From: Candidatus Wirthbacteria bacterium | GTDB lineage: Bacteria; Patescibacteriota; CG2-30-54-11 | Direction of reading: 5' to 3' | DNA length: 49,017 nt | Assembly (NCBI GenBank): GCA_903889905.1 | Contig: CAISZI010000012.1 | Span: forward strand, 1 to 49,017 | In this document: piece by piece, positions 1-7,853 of the stretch | Layout: the number at the start of each line of letters is the position of its first letter | How positions within the stretch are numbered: position 1 is the stretch's first letter | Translations under genes and position numbers: made by a program | The notes under the pieces: generated by a model | What the model was told of the DNA's origin: nothing | Database searches by the model: none | Seen by the model: the letters and a program-made list of their open reading frames with translations, nothing else

Positions 1-201
1 ACGAAGTGGTATTGAATATCATATGTTGCGTTACTAGTACTCTTTTTCATACCCCTACTTTATCACGCTTCTGACCTTGCTTTAAGGTGTCGTATTCATC
101 CCCTGGCTTAAAAGCCAGGGGTTTTCTACGACGCAATAAATTGCAGCAAATTAACATGATGCAAGCCTTAATCCTTCCAATCAAGCCCAATCCTCTATTT
201 T

Positions 202-975
202 ATGGTAAAATTAACAACCATTGATTGGCTTAAAACTTATCGGACAAGGCGGATGGATCAATACAATAATCCCTATTTTGACTTGATCGGTCAGAACCAA
301 GATGAACGCTACTTCGACCTTTTCCCTGAAGGCACACCGCCTGACACCTTTGCCGTCATTCGTGCGCCTTGCTGGCCAGTCACGTCTGAAATAGTACGAG
401 AAGCTGTTGCACAAAACATCCAACCAGATGATCAAGTGGTCGAAGCCGGTTGTGGCTATGGATTGTTGAAAAAAATAGCAGGTGCCAGATACCGCAACTG
501 GCACCAATGTGAAAATGATCCAATACCAGCCATGCGAGCAGCACGCCTCAACCCAGATACTGACAGCCGCCTATTAGACGTAAGGCATTTATCCAGAGCC
601 TTTGGACGTAACTTCGCCGATTGTGTAGTATCCTATAATTTCCTGGACATACTGAGCAAACCCAATCTCGATGCTTCAATAATAGAAATGAGACGGGTTC
701 TTCGCGAAGGCGGGATGCTTCTTCACATTGAAGATCTTTTACCCAACTATCCATTAATATTAAGAAATGTTCCAAGACAACAAATAGCCTTCCCTGGCCA
801 TAATGAATCAGCAGAAGCGGTTGGATTTCAACTCGTAAAACAATCTGAATTACCAGAAGCTAGACTCGATGATCCGCGCCTGGATCTTGCCTGTCGATCC
901 ACATTGATCAACGCATGGCTCAAATTGGCAAATCTTCTTCACCAGCCGAAAAAGAACAAATGGTTGCCGTATTGA
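202..975 (+). CDS. Class I SAM-dependent methyltransferase-like protein (probably the N-terminal part of a frameshifted gene)
   Basis: Motif I VVEAGCGYG, later ADCVVSYNFLD and EMRRVLREGG segments typical of Rossmann-fold methyltransferases; overlaps the next ORF in the -1 frame. Confidence 0.7.
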   Translation: MVKLTTIDWLKTYRTRRMDQYNNPYFDLIGQNQDERYFDLFPEGTPPDTFAVIRAPCWPVTSEIVREAVAQNIQPDDQVVEAGCGYGLLKKIAGARYRNWHQCENDPIPAMRAARLNPDTDSRLLDVRHLSRAFGRNFADCVVSYNFLDILSKPNLDASIIEMRRVLREGGMLLHIEDLLPNYPLILRNVPRQQIAFPGHNESAEAVGFQLVKQSELPEARLDDPRLDLACRSTLINAWLKLANLLHQPKKNKWLPY

Positions 976-1367
976 AACAAGTGTATGTCCGTTATTTGGC
1001 GTCGCCAGCGGATTTTTATCAACAATTTGGCGACGACAACGAACTCAGAGAACTTTTTGAAATGCTGGCTTTATTGGTTGATGCTCTTGGTGTTAATGCG
1101 ACACCAATTTCTGTTGTTGATCTTTTCACTTCCAATATCACGCGTTTACTTGAAGAAAATGGTTTTGATTCAGTTCAGGCCTCACTCCCTTCTCTAACAA
1201 GAACAGTTCCAAGACACAGTTCAATACACAGATACCAACATTATTCATCGCATGTCGGTGGATGGGTCGGATCATCAAAACAGGAACTAATTGATGGTCT
1301 TAACCCCGATGAAGTTACTATCAAAAGCTCTATCCTGGTCATTAAAGCCACTAAAAAAAATTCCTAA
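915..1367 (+). pseudogene. Probable C-terminal continuation of the methyltransferase in the -1 frame
   Basis: Frame is open from 873 and overlaps the upstream ORF, with no clear RBS; ends in a beta-strand-like SILVIKATK as methyltransferase folds often do. Confidence 0.45.
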
Positions 1368-1406
1368 TTCACAATCCTTATCATTGCATTGGTGCAATAA
1401 AAATAC

Positions 1407-1440
1407 CAAAAACCCCCGAACAGGGATTCCTGCTCGGGGG
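1407..1440 (-). terminator. Intrinsic terminator downstream of tRNA-Lys
   Basis: Minus strand CCCCCGAGCAGG-AATC-CCTGTTCGGGGG followed by TTTTT. Confidence 0.75.
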
Positions 1441-1444
1441 CATT

Positions 1445-1516
1445 TGGGCCGCCAGGGGCTCGAACCCTGAACCAATTGCTTAAGAGGCAACTGCTCTACC
1501 ATTGAGCTAGCGACCC
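1445..1516 (-). tRNA. trnK: tRNA-Lys(CTT), CCA not encoded
   Basis: Minus strand GGGTCGCTAGCTCAATGGTAGAGCAGTTGCCTCTTAAGCAATTGGTTCAGGGTTCGAGCCCCTGGCGGCCCA; anticodon loop CTCTTAA, T-loop GTTCGA. Confidence 0.97.
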
Positions 1517-1594
1517 ATGAAGACTTTCTGAAGACTGAGTGGCTGTCGTAGCTACATCCCGCTCTTAAGTCGGGATGAGCTAGCGACCCATGAA
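1503..1594. repeat. 19-bp direct repeat of the tRNA 5' end and leader, with an intervening long hairpin
   Basis: TGAGCTAGCGACCCATGAA at 1503-1521 and 1576-1594; imperfect inverted repeat 1545-1587. Confidence 0.9.
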
Positions 1595-1665
1595 AACGCA
1601 TGCTCTAATTTATCATTGGCCCGGCAAAGGCGCAAGAGAAACGTTGCAGGATGAAAAAACAATAA

Positions 1666-1762
1666 ATCACCCCCTCCCCCTTCACCTAAAGGGGGCACGA
1701 GTAGATCCAATTTCTTGCCTCCCTCCCTTTGTTTAAAGGGAGGGTATTGAGGGAGCATTCCC
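1666..1762. repeat. Bipartite purine/pyrimidine palindromic element (REP-like), copy 1
   Basis: CCCCCTT-CACCT-AAAGGGGG then CCCTCCCTTT-GTTT-AAAGGGAGGG; similar to 39511-39618. Confidence 0.75.
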
Positions 1763-1840
1763 ATTTGACCCGTTTTTGACCCCAAAATGAACCTTTTTTG
1801 TGCCGCTTTTCGAGCTATACTTCCCTCGTAAACAAAAACC

Positions 1841-1869
1841 TTGCCATAGCCGCAGGCCTCGGCTATACT
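1841..1869 (+). promoter_or_regulatory. Sigma70-type promoter upstream of recA
   Basis: TTGCCA-N17-TATACT; the spacer lies within the inverted repeat ATAGCCG-N7-CGGCTAT. Confidence 0.7.
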
Positions 1870-1973
1870 GAAGCCCTTCCGACCCAGCATGGGTCGGATC
1901 AAACACCAAAACACCAAACAAAGACGTTGGTGTTTTATTTAAATCCGTTTATTTACTCGTCAAGGAGAACAGC

Positions 1974-3152
1974 ATGGCAGTTGATCCCAACAAACAGAAA
2001 GCGATTGAACTCGCGATGACGCAAATCGAAAAACAATTTGGCAAAGGCTCAATCATGAAGCTCGGCGACAAAGGCCGTCAGGCCATTGATGTTATTCCCT
2101 CGGGCTGTATCGCATTGGACTTGGCACTTGGCGTGGGTGGCATTCCCCGCGGCCGCATCACCGAAATCTATGGACCCGAATCTTCGGGCAAAACCACCCT
2201 GTGCTCACACATCATTGCCGAAGCCCAGAAATTAGGCGGCATGGCTGCCATTGTCGACGCCGAACACGCGTTTGACCCGGCCTATGCCCGCAACATTGGC
2301 GTCGATGTGGACAACCTGCTTATTTCCCAACCAGACACCGGCGAACAAGCTTTGGAAATCGTCGAAACCCTGGTTCGCAGCGGTGCTGTGGACGTGGTCG
2401 TGGTGGACTCTGTCGCCGCCCTCACCCCCCGCGCTGAAATTGAAGGCGAAATGGGTGACAGCCACATGGGTCTCCAGGCCCGCCTCATGAGCCAGGCTTT
2501 GCGCAAACTCGCTGCCGTGGTTAATCGTACCAATACTTCCCTGATTTTCACCAACCAGATCCGCATGAAAATTGGCGTCATGTTCGGCAACCCCGAAACC
2601 ACCACCGGTGGCCAGGCGCTCAAATTCTACTCCTCCATCCGCATCGACATCCGCCGCAAAGACCGCATTACCAAGGGTGACGAAGTCGTGGGCAATAACG
2701 TCGTGGCCCGCGTGGTCAAGAACAAAGTGGCGCCGCCTTTCCGTTCCGCCGCTTTTGACATCATGTACAACGAAGGCATCAGCCACGCCGGCGAACTCGT
2801 AGACGTGGGTGTCGAGATGGACATCGTCAACAAATCCGGCAGCTGGTACAGCTACAACAACGAAAAAATTGGCCAGGGCAAAGACGCAGCCAAGGATTTC
2901 CTCCGCGCCAATCCCAAAATCGCCCAGCAGATCGATGCCGCCATCCGCGCCAGAGCCATGTCCCTCAGCCCCACCGAAATGGCCGGCCGCAACACCGCCG
3001 ATAGCGAAAACGAAGCCGTGGAATCACCCGACGAAACGCCCAAAGCTCCTGTCAAAGCCGCCGCAAGTGGCGCTGCCCGTCCGCTTGGTTCCGAACCCGC
3101 CAAACCTACCGCACCCCGCAACCAGGACAAGGCCGACGAGGACGTATTCTAA
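1974..3152 (+). CDS. recA: Recombinase RecA with a long low-complexity C-terminal tail
   Basis: Walker [47 protein letters not shown]. Confidence 0.99.
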   Translation: MAVDPNKQKAIELAMTQIEKQFGKGSIMKLGDKGRQAIDVIPSGCIALDLALGVGGIPRGRITEIYGPESSGKTTLCSHIIAEAQKLGGMAAIVDAEHAFDPAYARNIGVDVDNLLISQPDTGEQALEIVETLVRSGAVDVVVVDSVAALTPRAEIEGEMGDSHMGLQARLMSQALRKLAAVVNRTNTSLIFTNQIRMKIGVMFGNPETTTGGQALKFYSSIRIDIRRKDRITKGDEVVGNNVVARVVKNKVAPPFRSAAFDIMYNEGISHAGELVDVGVEMDIVNKSGSWYSYNNEKIGQGKDAAKDFLRANPKIAQQIDAAIRARAMSLSPTEMAGRNTADSENEAVESPDETPKAPVKAAASGAARPLGSEPAKPTAPRNQDKADEDVF

Positions 3153-3170
3153 AACAATGATTTTACGCAA

Positions 3171-3202
3171 TTGTAGGGACAGGTCGAGACCTGTCCCTAC
3201 AA
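3171..3202. repeat. GTAG-type REP palindrome
   Basis: Perfect 15-bp arms TTGTAGGGACAGGTC-GA-GACCTGTCCCTACAA. Confidence 0.85.
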
Positions 3203-3205
3203 CCA

Positions 3206-3253
3206 AAAGACGCGATTTCCAGGACGGTCCAGCCCCTGCGAAATCGCGTCTTT
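3206..3253. repeat. Second hairpin after recA (REP-like or terminator)
   Basis: 14-bp arms AAAGACGCGATTTC / GAAATCGCGTCTTT. Confidence 0.7.
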
Positions 3254-3387
3254 GTTGTGTGCAAAGAATACGAATCGTTGTCCGGCTACGTCGCAAATCG
3301 GCTGCTGGTCAGCATCGGTGTTCTCCTGTTTCACCGCCTGTACAATTTGAGTATAATTAGCCCATCTAACTTTGTGAAACATCAACC

Positions 3388-4212
3388 ATGCCCAATCTCT
3401 TTGTTGACCACTTCCGCGCCATGCTGGCTTTGGGTAAACAAACCGTGCTTACCAACCCGCCGCTCACCGACGAAACCGGCGCCACCAATGTCAAAGGCGA
3501 CAAATCAATCGGTATGGATGTCCAAGTTGAAACCATACTGCTCGATTACATCAAACAAAACGACCTGCCTGTTTGCGTCTTTTCCGAGGAAATCGGTACG
3601 GTACAATATCACCCAAGTCCGACCCACCTAATTGTCTTTGACCCGCTCGATGGCAGCACCAATTATAAACTAGGCAAAAATTTTCTACCGCACGGCCTCT
3701 TAATCGCCTGCTACGCAGGGACAAAACCAAAACTCAATAACATCATCGCTGCCGGCGCTATCGAGTACACCACCCATCAGGGCTGGATTTTTGATGGAGC
3801 GCAAACCAAGACGATTAATGGGGAACCAGTCGATTTAAACCATGACTGGATCATCAGCAAATCAACACCTGTTAATTTCGACCTTTATTACCCTGCAGCC
3901 TATCAGGCTTTTGCCCATTTGCCCGGCAAGGTGCATGTTCGCTGGTCAGGCTCAAACGTCGGCAGTCTGACCTACACTCTCTCCGGTGTCTCGGCAGCCA
4001 TGGGTGCGCTGCTGATGCGTCCCGAAGAAATCGGTACCATGGTTGCGCTGATCAAAGGTGCGGGAGGCAAGGCTGTAGACCTCCATGGCAACGACCTGGG
4101 TGAGGAGGAATTCTCGATTGACCGGACTTATGCAATGATTGCCGGGGATAAAACAGTCGTGGACTTTATTGTCAACAATTTATCCACCGGAAGTACTCAG
4201 CATGCCAAATAA
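3388..4212 (+). CDS. Inositol monophosphatase / FBPase-IMPase family phosphatase
   Basis: FSEE and FDPLDGSTNY metal-binding motifs. Confidence 0.88.
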   Translation: MPNLFVDHFRAMLALGKQTVLTNPPLTDETGATNVKGDKSIGMDVQVETILLDYIKQNDLPVCVFSEEIGTVQYHPSPTHLIVFDPLDGSTNYKLGKNFLPHGLLIACYAGTKPKLNNIIAAGAIEYTTHQGWIFDGAQTKTINGEPVDLNHDWIISKSTPVNFDLYYPAAYQAFAHLPGKVHVRWSGSNVGSLTYTLSGVSAAMGALLMRPEEIGTMVALIKGAGGKAVDLHGNDLGEEEFSIDRTYAMIAGDKTVVDFIVNNLSTGSTQHAK

Positions 4213-4753
4213 CCCCGCCCGCGTTGCCATTTTCTGCGGTAGCGGTTGCGCCAAAATCAGGCAACCTTACTACTTCGACATCGCTTACCAAACCGGCAAA
4301 GCGCTGGCCCAGGCTGGTTTTGTCGTCATAACCGGCGCCGGCCCGGGCCTGATGGACGAAGCCCTGCGTGGCGCCCACGAAGCCGGGGGCGAAACGATCG
4401 GCGTGGCCCTCAATATGGATGGCCGCAAGCGGTCCCAATCGGCCGGCACTGTGTTTGCATATGACACGCTCGGCCCGCGCCAGGCCAAAATCATGGAACT
4501 GGCCGACGCCTTTGTCGCGCTGCCAGGCGGGATCGGGACTTTATATGAACTCACTGAAGTGCTAGCCCTGAAGCGTGTCAATGAACTGCCGCATCGCAAA
4601 CCGCTAGTATTACTGGGCGATTATTATCAGCATTTGATCAAAGTGTTTGACGATATGATCACCGAGGGATTTGCGGACGAATCTCTGCAAGAACTGTTCC
4701 ATTTGGCCAAAGAACCAGCTGATGCGGCCACATATATCCAAAAGAATCTCTAA
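4202..4753 (+). CDS. LOG (lysine-decarboxylase-like/SLOG) family nucleotide phosphoribohydrolase
   Basis: TGAGPGLM and PGGIGTLYEL motifs; start placed at the ATG at 4202 overlapping the upstream stop region. Confidence 0.92.
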   Translation: MPNNPARVAIFCGSGCAKIRQPYYFDIAYQTGKALAQAGFVVITGAGPGLMDEALRGAHEAGGETIGVALNMDGRKRSQSAGTVFAYDTLGPRQAKIMELADAFVALPGGIGTLYELTEVLALKRVNELPHRKPLVLLGDYYQHLIKVFDDMITEGFADESLQELFHLAKEPADAATYIQKNL

Positions 4754-4755
4754 CC

Positions 4756-5160
4756 ATGGATCAAGCATTCATCGACAAACTGGCCTTCATTGAAATCCAA
4801 AACCGCCGACTGCTCGTGACCCAAAGCCGTGGCAAAGACGCCTGGTATATTCCCGGCGGTAAACGTGAAAATGGCGAAACCGATGCCGAAGCTTTGGTGC
4901 GAGAAGTCAAAGAAGAATTGAGTGTCGCCATCGACCCAAGCTCGATGCAACGCTATGGCGAGTTCGAAGCCCAGGCACATGGCAAGCCCGAAGGAACCCT
5001 CGTCCGTATGACCTGTTACACCGCCAAATTTACGGGCACGTTAAAGCCCAGTGCGGAAATTGAACAATTGGCTTTCTTCAGCCATAAGGAAAAGAACCAG
5101 TGTTCCTGCGTTGACCACCTGATCTTCGACGACCTCAAAGTCAAAGATCTGATCGATTAA
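4756..5160 (+). CDS. NUDIX hydrolase
   Basis: Nudix box GGKRENGETDAEALVREVKEEL. Confidence 0.95.
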   Translation: MDQAFIDKLAFIEIQNRRLLVTQSRGKDAWYIPGGKRENGETDAEALVREVKEELSVAIDPSSMQRYGEFEAQAHGKPEGTLVRMTCYTAKFTGTLKPSAEIEQLAFFSHKEKNQCSCVDHLIFDDLKVKDLID

Positions 5161-5181
5161 TTTTGTAAATCTGCTACCACC

Positions 5182-5661
5182 ATGTCCCTCTATTCCTACC
5201 TCCTCGACAAAGCCTATACCTACCTCACCCGTCGCGACCAAAGCGAATTGGAGCTGCGCCAGAAACTAGCCAAAGCCATTGCCAAATATCCCGCGCCCGA
5301 TTTGCTCGACCAAACGCCAGACGACGCCATTAACGCCATCATCACTGACCTTAAAACCCAAAACCTGATCAACGACGCCAAGTTCGCCCAGGTTTGGGTC
5401 GAATCCCGCCTCCGCTCCAAACCCAAAGGCAAATACGTGCTCGAACACGAACTGCAGCAAAAAGGCATCAGCAAAAATCTGATTCACGAAGTTCTGGGCG
5501 AGCAGGTCAGTCCCGCAACCGAACTCGAAAGCGCCCGTAAACTGGTTGCCCGCCGCCACAGCAAAACCTACGAACAAAACGCAAGGTTTCTTCAATCCAA
5601 AGGATTTGGTTTTGACATCATCCGCAAGGCACTCAAAGGAGATCCGTTTGAAGAGGGCTAA
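5182..5661 (+). CDS. recX: RecX regulator of RecA
   Basis: RRDQSELELRQKL, LINDAKFA, GKYVLEHELQQKGI, RFLQSKGF; near recA. Confidence 0.9.
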   Translation: MSLYSYLLDKAYTYLTRRDQSELELRQKLAKAIAKYPAPDLLDQTPDDAINAIITDLKTQNLINDAKFAQVWVESRLRSKPKGKYVLEHELQQKGISKNLIHEVLGEQVSPATELESARKLVARRHSKTYEQNARFLQSKGFGFDIIRKALKGDPFEEG

Positions 5662-5698
5662 AACATATCATGCCCAACCCAATTATTGGAATAAACCA

Positions 5699-6466
5699 AT
5701 GCCTACTCAGATTTCCATCACAGCCGTGGTTGAAAATACCTGCTTCCGACATCTGATGCTGGCCTCCCACGGGCAATCCTTGCTGATCGACTATCTGGGG
5801 CATCGCTATCTGTTTGATCTGGGAGAGATCCCCACGGGTTGCCTGTATAACCTGAGCAAACTGGGACTCACGCTCAAGGATATCGAGGCCTTGATCTTCT
5901 CGCACAAACATGACGACCACGTCGGCGCCCTGAATGCGTTGATGCCGCAACTTATGGGTCAACCTGTTTATGTCACGCCCAATTTCATCATCGCCGACCC
6001 GGCCATGGCCAGGCACGATCCGCTCAGTTTTGCCAATGTCAATCAGCTGCAATCCTATGCACAGACCGTTGTCCTGGATCAACCCAAACAACTTCAAGAC
6101 CGTCTGTACCTCACCGGACCCGTGGGCGAGATGCAGGAACAAGCCGTGGTCATTGTTGGTTGCTCGCACCCAACCGTGCCCCAAATGGTGGACGCCGCCA
6201 TTAAGGCGACGGGTAAAAGCAAAATTTACGGGTTAATTGGTGGCATGCATCTCAAAGGTGCCACGGAAGCGGAAATCGATGCTGTCATTCAGTACCTCCA
6301 GGCAACCGATATTGCCTTTGTCGTTCCTTCACATTGCACCAGCGCCAGAGCCGGACTGCGGATGAAAACAGCATTGGGCGACCGGGTCAAGGTGTCGGCA
6401 TCGGGAACTTTTGGCGTGGGCAACACGGTGACACTTTTGCCAGAGCTTAAATTCGATTTTGTGTAG
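5699..6466 (+). CDS. MBL-fold metallo-hydrolase
   Basis: SHKHDDH (HxHxDH), GCSHP, GGMHL, HCT; start moved to the ATG at 5699 to avoid recX overlap. Confidence 0.9.
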   Translation: MPTQISITAVVENTCFRHLMLASHGQSLLIDYLGHRYLFDLGEIPTGCLYNLSKLGLTLKDIEALIFSHKHDDHVGALNALMPQLMGQPVYVTPNFIIADPAMARHDPLSFANVNQLQSYAQTVVLDQPKQLQDRLYLTGPVGEMQEQAVVIVGCSHPTVPQMVDAAIKATGKSKIYGLIGGMHLKGATEAEIDAVIQYLQATDIAFVVPSHCTSARAGLRMKTALGDRVKVSASGTFGVGNTVTLLPELKFDFV

Positions 6467-6492
6467 ACCAGCCGATTCCAGACCAGAACGTG

Positions 6493-6521
6493 TTGACAAT
6501 TTCCCCTTTTGGTTCTAAATT
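6493..6521 (+). promoter_or_regulatory. Sigma70-type promoter of hsp20
   Basis: TTGACA-N17-TAAATT. Confidence 0.75.
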
Positions 6522-6546
6522 AGCACTTGAACGCTTAGAGTGCTAA
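6520..6546 (+). promoter_or_regulatory. CIRCE element (HrcA operator)
   Basis: TTAGCACTT-N9-GAGTGCTAA, one mismatch to TTAGCACTC-N9-GAGTGCTAA, directly upstream of a heat-shock gene. Confidence 0.92.
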
Positions 6547-6578
6547 TTTGTTTAATCAATAACCAAAAGGAAAAAGCC

Positions 6579-7124
6579 ATGGCCATCATCAAATGGACCC
6601 CGCTCAATGAGATGTATTCGCTCAGCAACGCCTTAAATCGCATGTTCGAGGAAAGCATCTGGGGCGGCCCCAACCCAACCCCGCTGATGTCCTCCATGCG
6701 CCAAATGGCAATCGACATAAAGGAAAACAAGAACAACTACGAAGTCAAAACAGCACTTCCGGGCATCAAACCCGAGGATGTCGAGATCCACATCACGGAG
6801 AGCTGTATGCTCTCGATCAAGGCTGAGTCCAAGTCTGAAAAAGAAACCAAGGACGACAACAACTACCTGGTCAAAGAATGCTACAGCGGCTCCTATTTCC
6901 GCCAGGTGCAGCTTCCCCCCAACATCCAGACCGACAAAGTCGAAGCCAACTTCGAACACGGTAACCTGACCATTGTGCTGCCCAAAAAAGCCGAAGCCCT
7001 GCCCAAGAAAATCGCGATCAAGGCAACGGCCAAATCCATCGCTACCGCCAAACCTGTCACAACACCCAAAATTGCCGCAGCCAAAAAAAATCCGGCCAAA
7101 AAAGTAGTCAAAGGGAAAAAATAA
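6579..7124 (+). CDS. Small heat-shock protein Hsp20/alpha-crystallin with Lys/Ala-rich tail
   Basis: ALPGIKPEDVEI, GSYFRQVQLP, ANFEHGNLTIVLPK; start at the ATG at 6579 after AAAAGG. Confidence 0.95.
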   Translation: MAIIKWTPLNEMYSLSNALNRMFEESIWGGPNPTPLMSSMRQMAIDIKENKNNYEVKTALPGIKPEDVEIHITESCMLSIKAESKSEKETKDDNNYLVKECYSGSYFRQVQLPPNIQTDKVEANFEHGNLTIVLPKKAEALPKKIAIKATAKSIATAKPVTTPKIAAAKKNPAKKVVKGKK

Positions 7125-7148
7125 ACCCACTGTCCTCACGTCCATGAG

Positions 7149-7203
7149 CCCTCACCCACTACCTGAAGACAGGTGGTTCACTCTCCCATATAATGGGAGA
7201 GTG
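7149..7203. repeat. CCCTCACCC...CTCTCCC/GGGAGAG-type palindromic element with nested hairpin
   Basis: CACTCTCCCAT-ATA-ATGGGAGAGTG (7179-7203) preceded by CCCTCACCC and ACCTG-AAGA-CAGGT. Confidence 0.6.
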
Positions 7204-7306
7204 TGTTCCGCGTCTGCGTCGGGACAGGTGATGGCCCTTCGTTTCCCAAAAATCCTTCGCTATGCTACAATCCCTGCCTGGAACATTTCTTACTTTTTGA
7301 GGCATT

Positions 7307-7783
7307 ATGAGCAAAGTTGAACAGACCCTTGTGATAGTCAAACCCGATGCACTGCAGCGCGCACTGGTCGGCTCCATCATCCAGCGTTTTGAACAAAAAG
7401 GCCTGAAACTGGTTGCTGTCAAAATGATGAGCCTCGATACCGCGATCCTCGACCGCCACTACGAACACCATGTTGGCAAAGCGTTTTATGCCGGCCTGGT
7501 ACAGTTCATGAGCAGCGCGCCCTGCATTGTCATGATCTGGCAAGGCGTAGAAGCCATTGCCACCGTACGCAAACTCTGTGGCATCACCAAATCACGTGAA
7601 GCCGAAATGGGATCGATCCGCGGCGACTTTGCCATGAGCCAGCAAATGAATTTAATCCATTCTTCCGACTCCATCGCATCCGCCACACGCGAAATGGGTA
7701 TTTTCTTCCCCAGCGAAAGCGAAATCTTCAACTGGAAGAGCCACATCGAAGAAAGTGTTTACGCCGACGACGAAGTCATATAG
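7307..7783 (+). CDS. ndk: Nucleoside-diphosphate kinase
   Basis: TLVIVKPDALQR, GSIRGDFA, NLIHSSD catalytic His. Confidence 0.98.
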   Translation: MSKVEQTLVIVKPDALQRALVGSIIQRFEQKGLKLVAVKMMSLDTAILDRHYEHHVGKAFYAGLVQFMSSAPCIVMIWQGVEAIATVRKLCGITKSREAEMGSIRGDFAMSQQMNLIHSSDSIASATREMGIFFPSESEIFNWKSHIEESVYADDEVI

Positions 7784-7803
7784 CCTATCGTTTATGCCAT
7801 TCA

Positions 7804-7853
7804 AACAAACCCCCACTTTTAATTTTACAAAAGATTAAAACGGGGTTTTTTGT
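7804..7853. terminator. Probable bidirectional terminator between convergent genes
   Basis: CCCC..TTTTAAT / ATTAAAA..GGGG flanked by A- and T-tracts. Confidence 0.55.

Noticed and set aside
1503-1594. attL/attR of an integrated element
   Set aside because: The duplication covers the tRNA 5' end, encloses only 54 bp, and no integrase is present
1552-1921. Minus-strand ORFs containing VPPLGEGGGG and PPFKQREGG
   Set aside because: These are translations of the palindromic repeat and the recA promoter region, not credible genes
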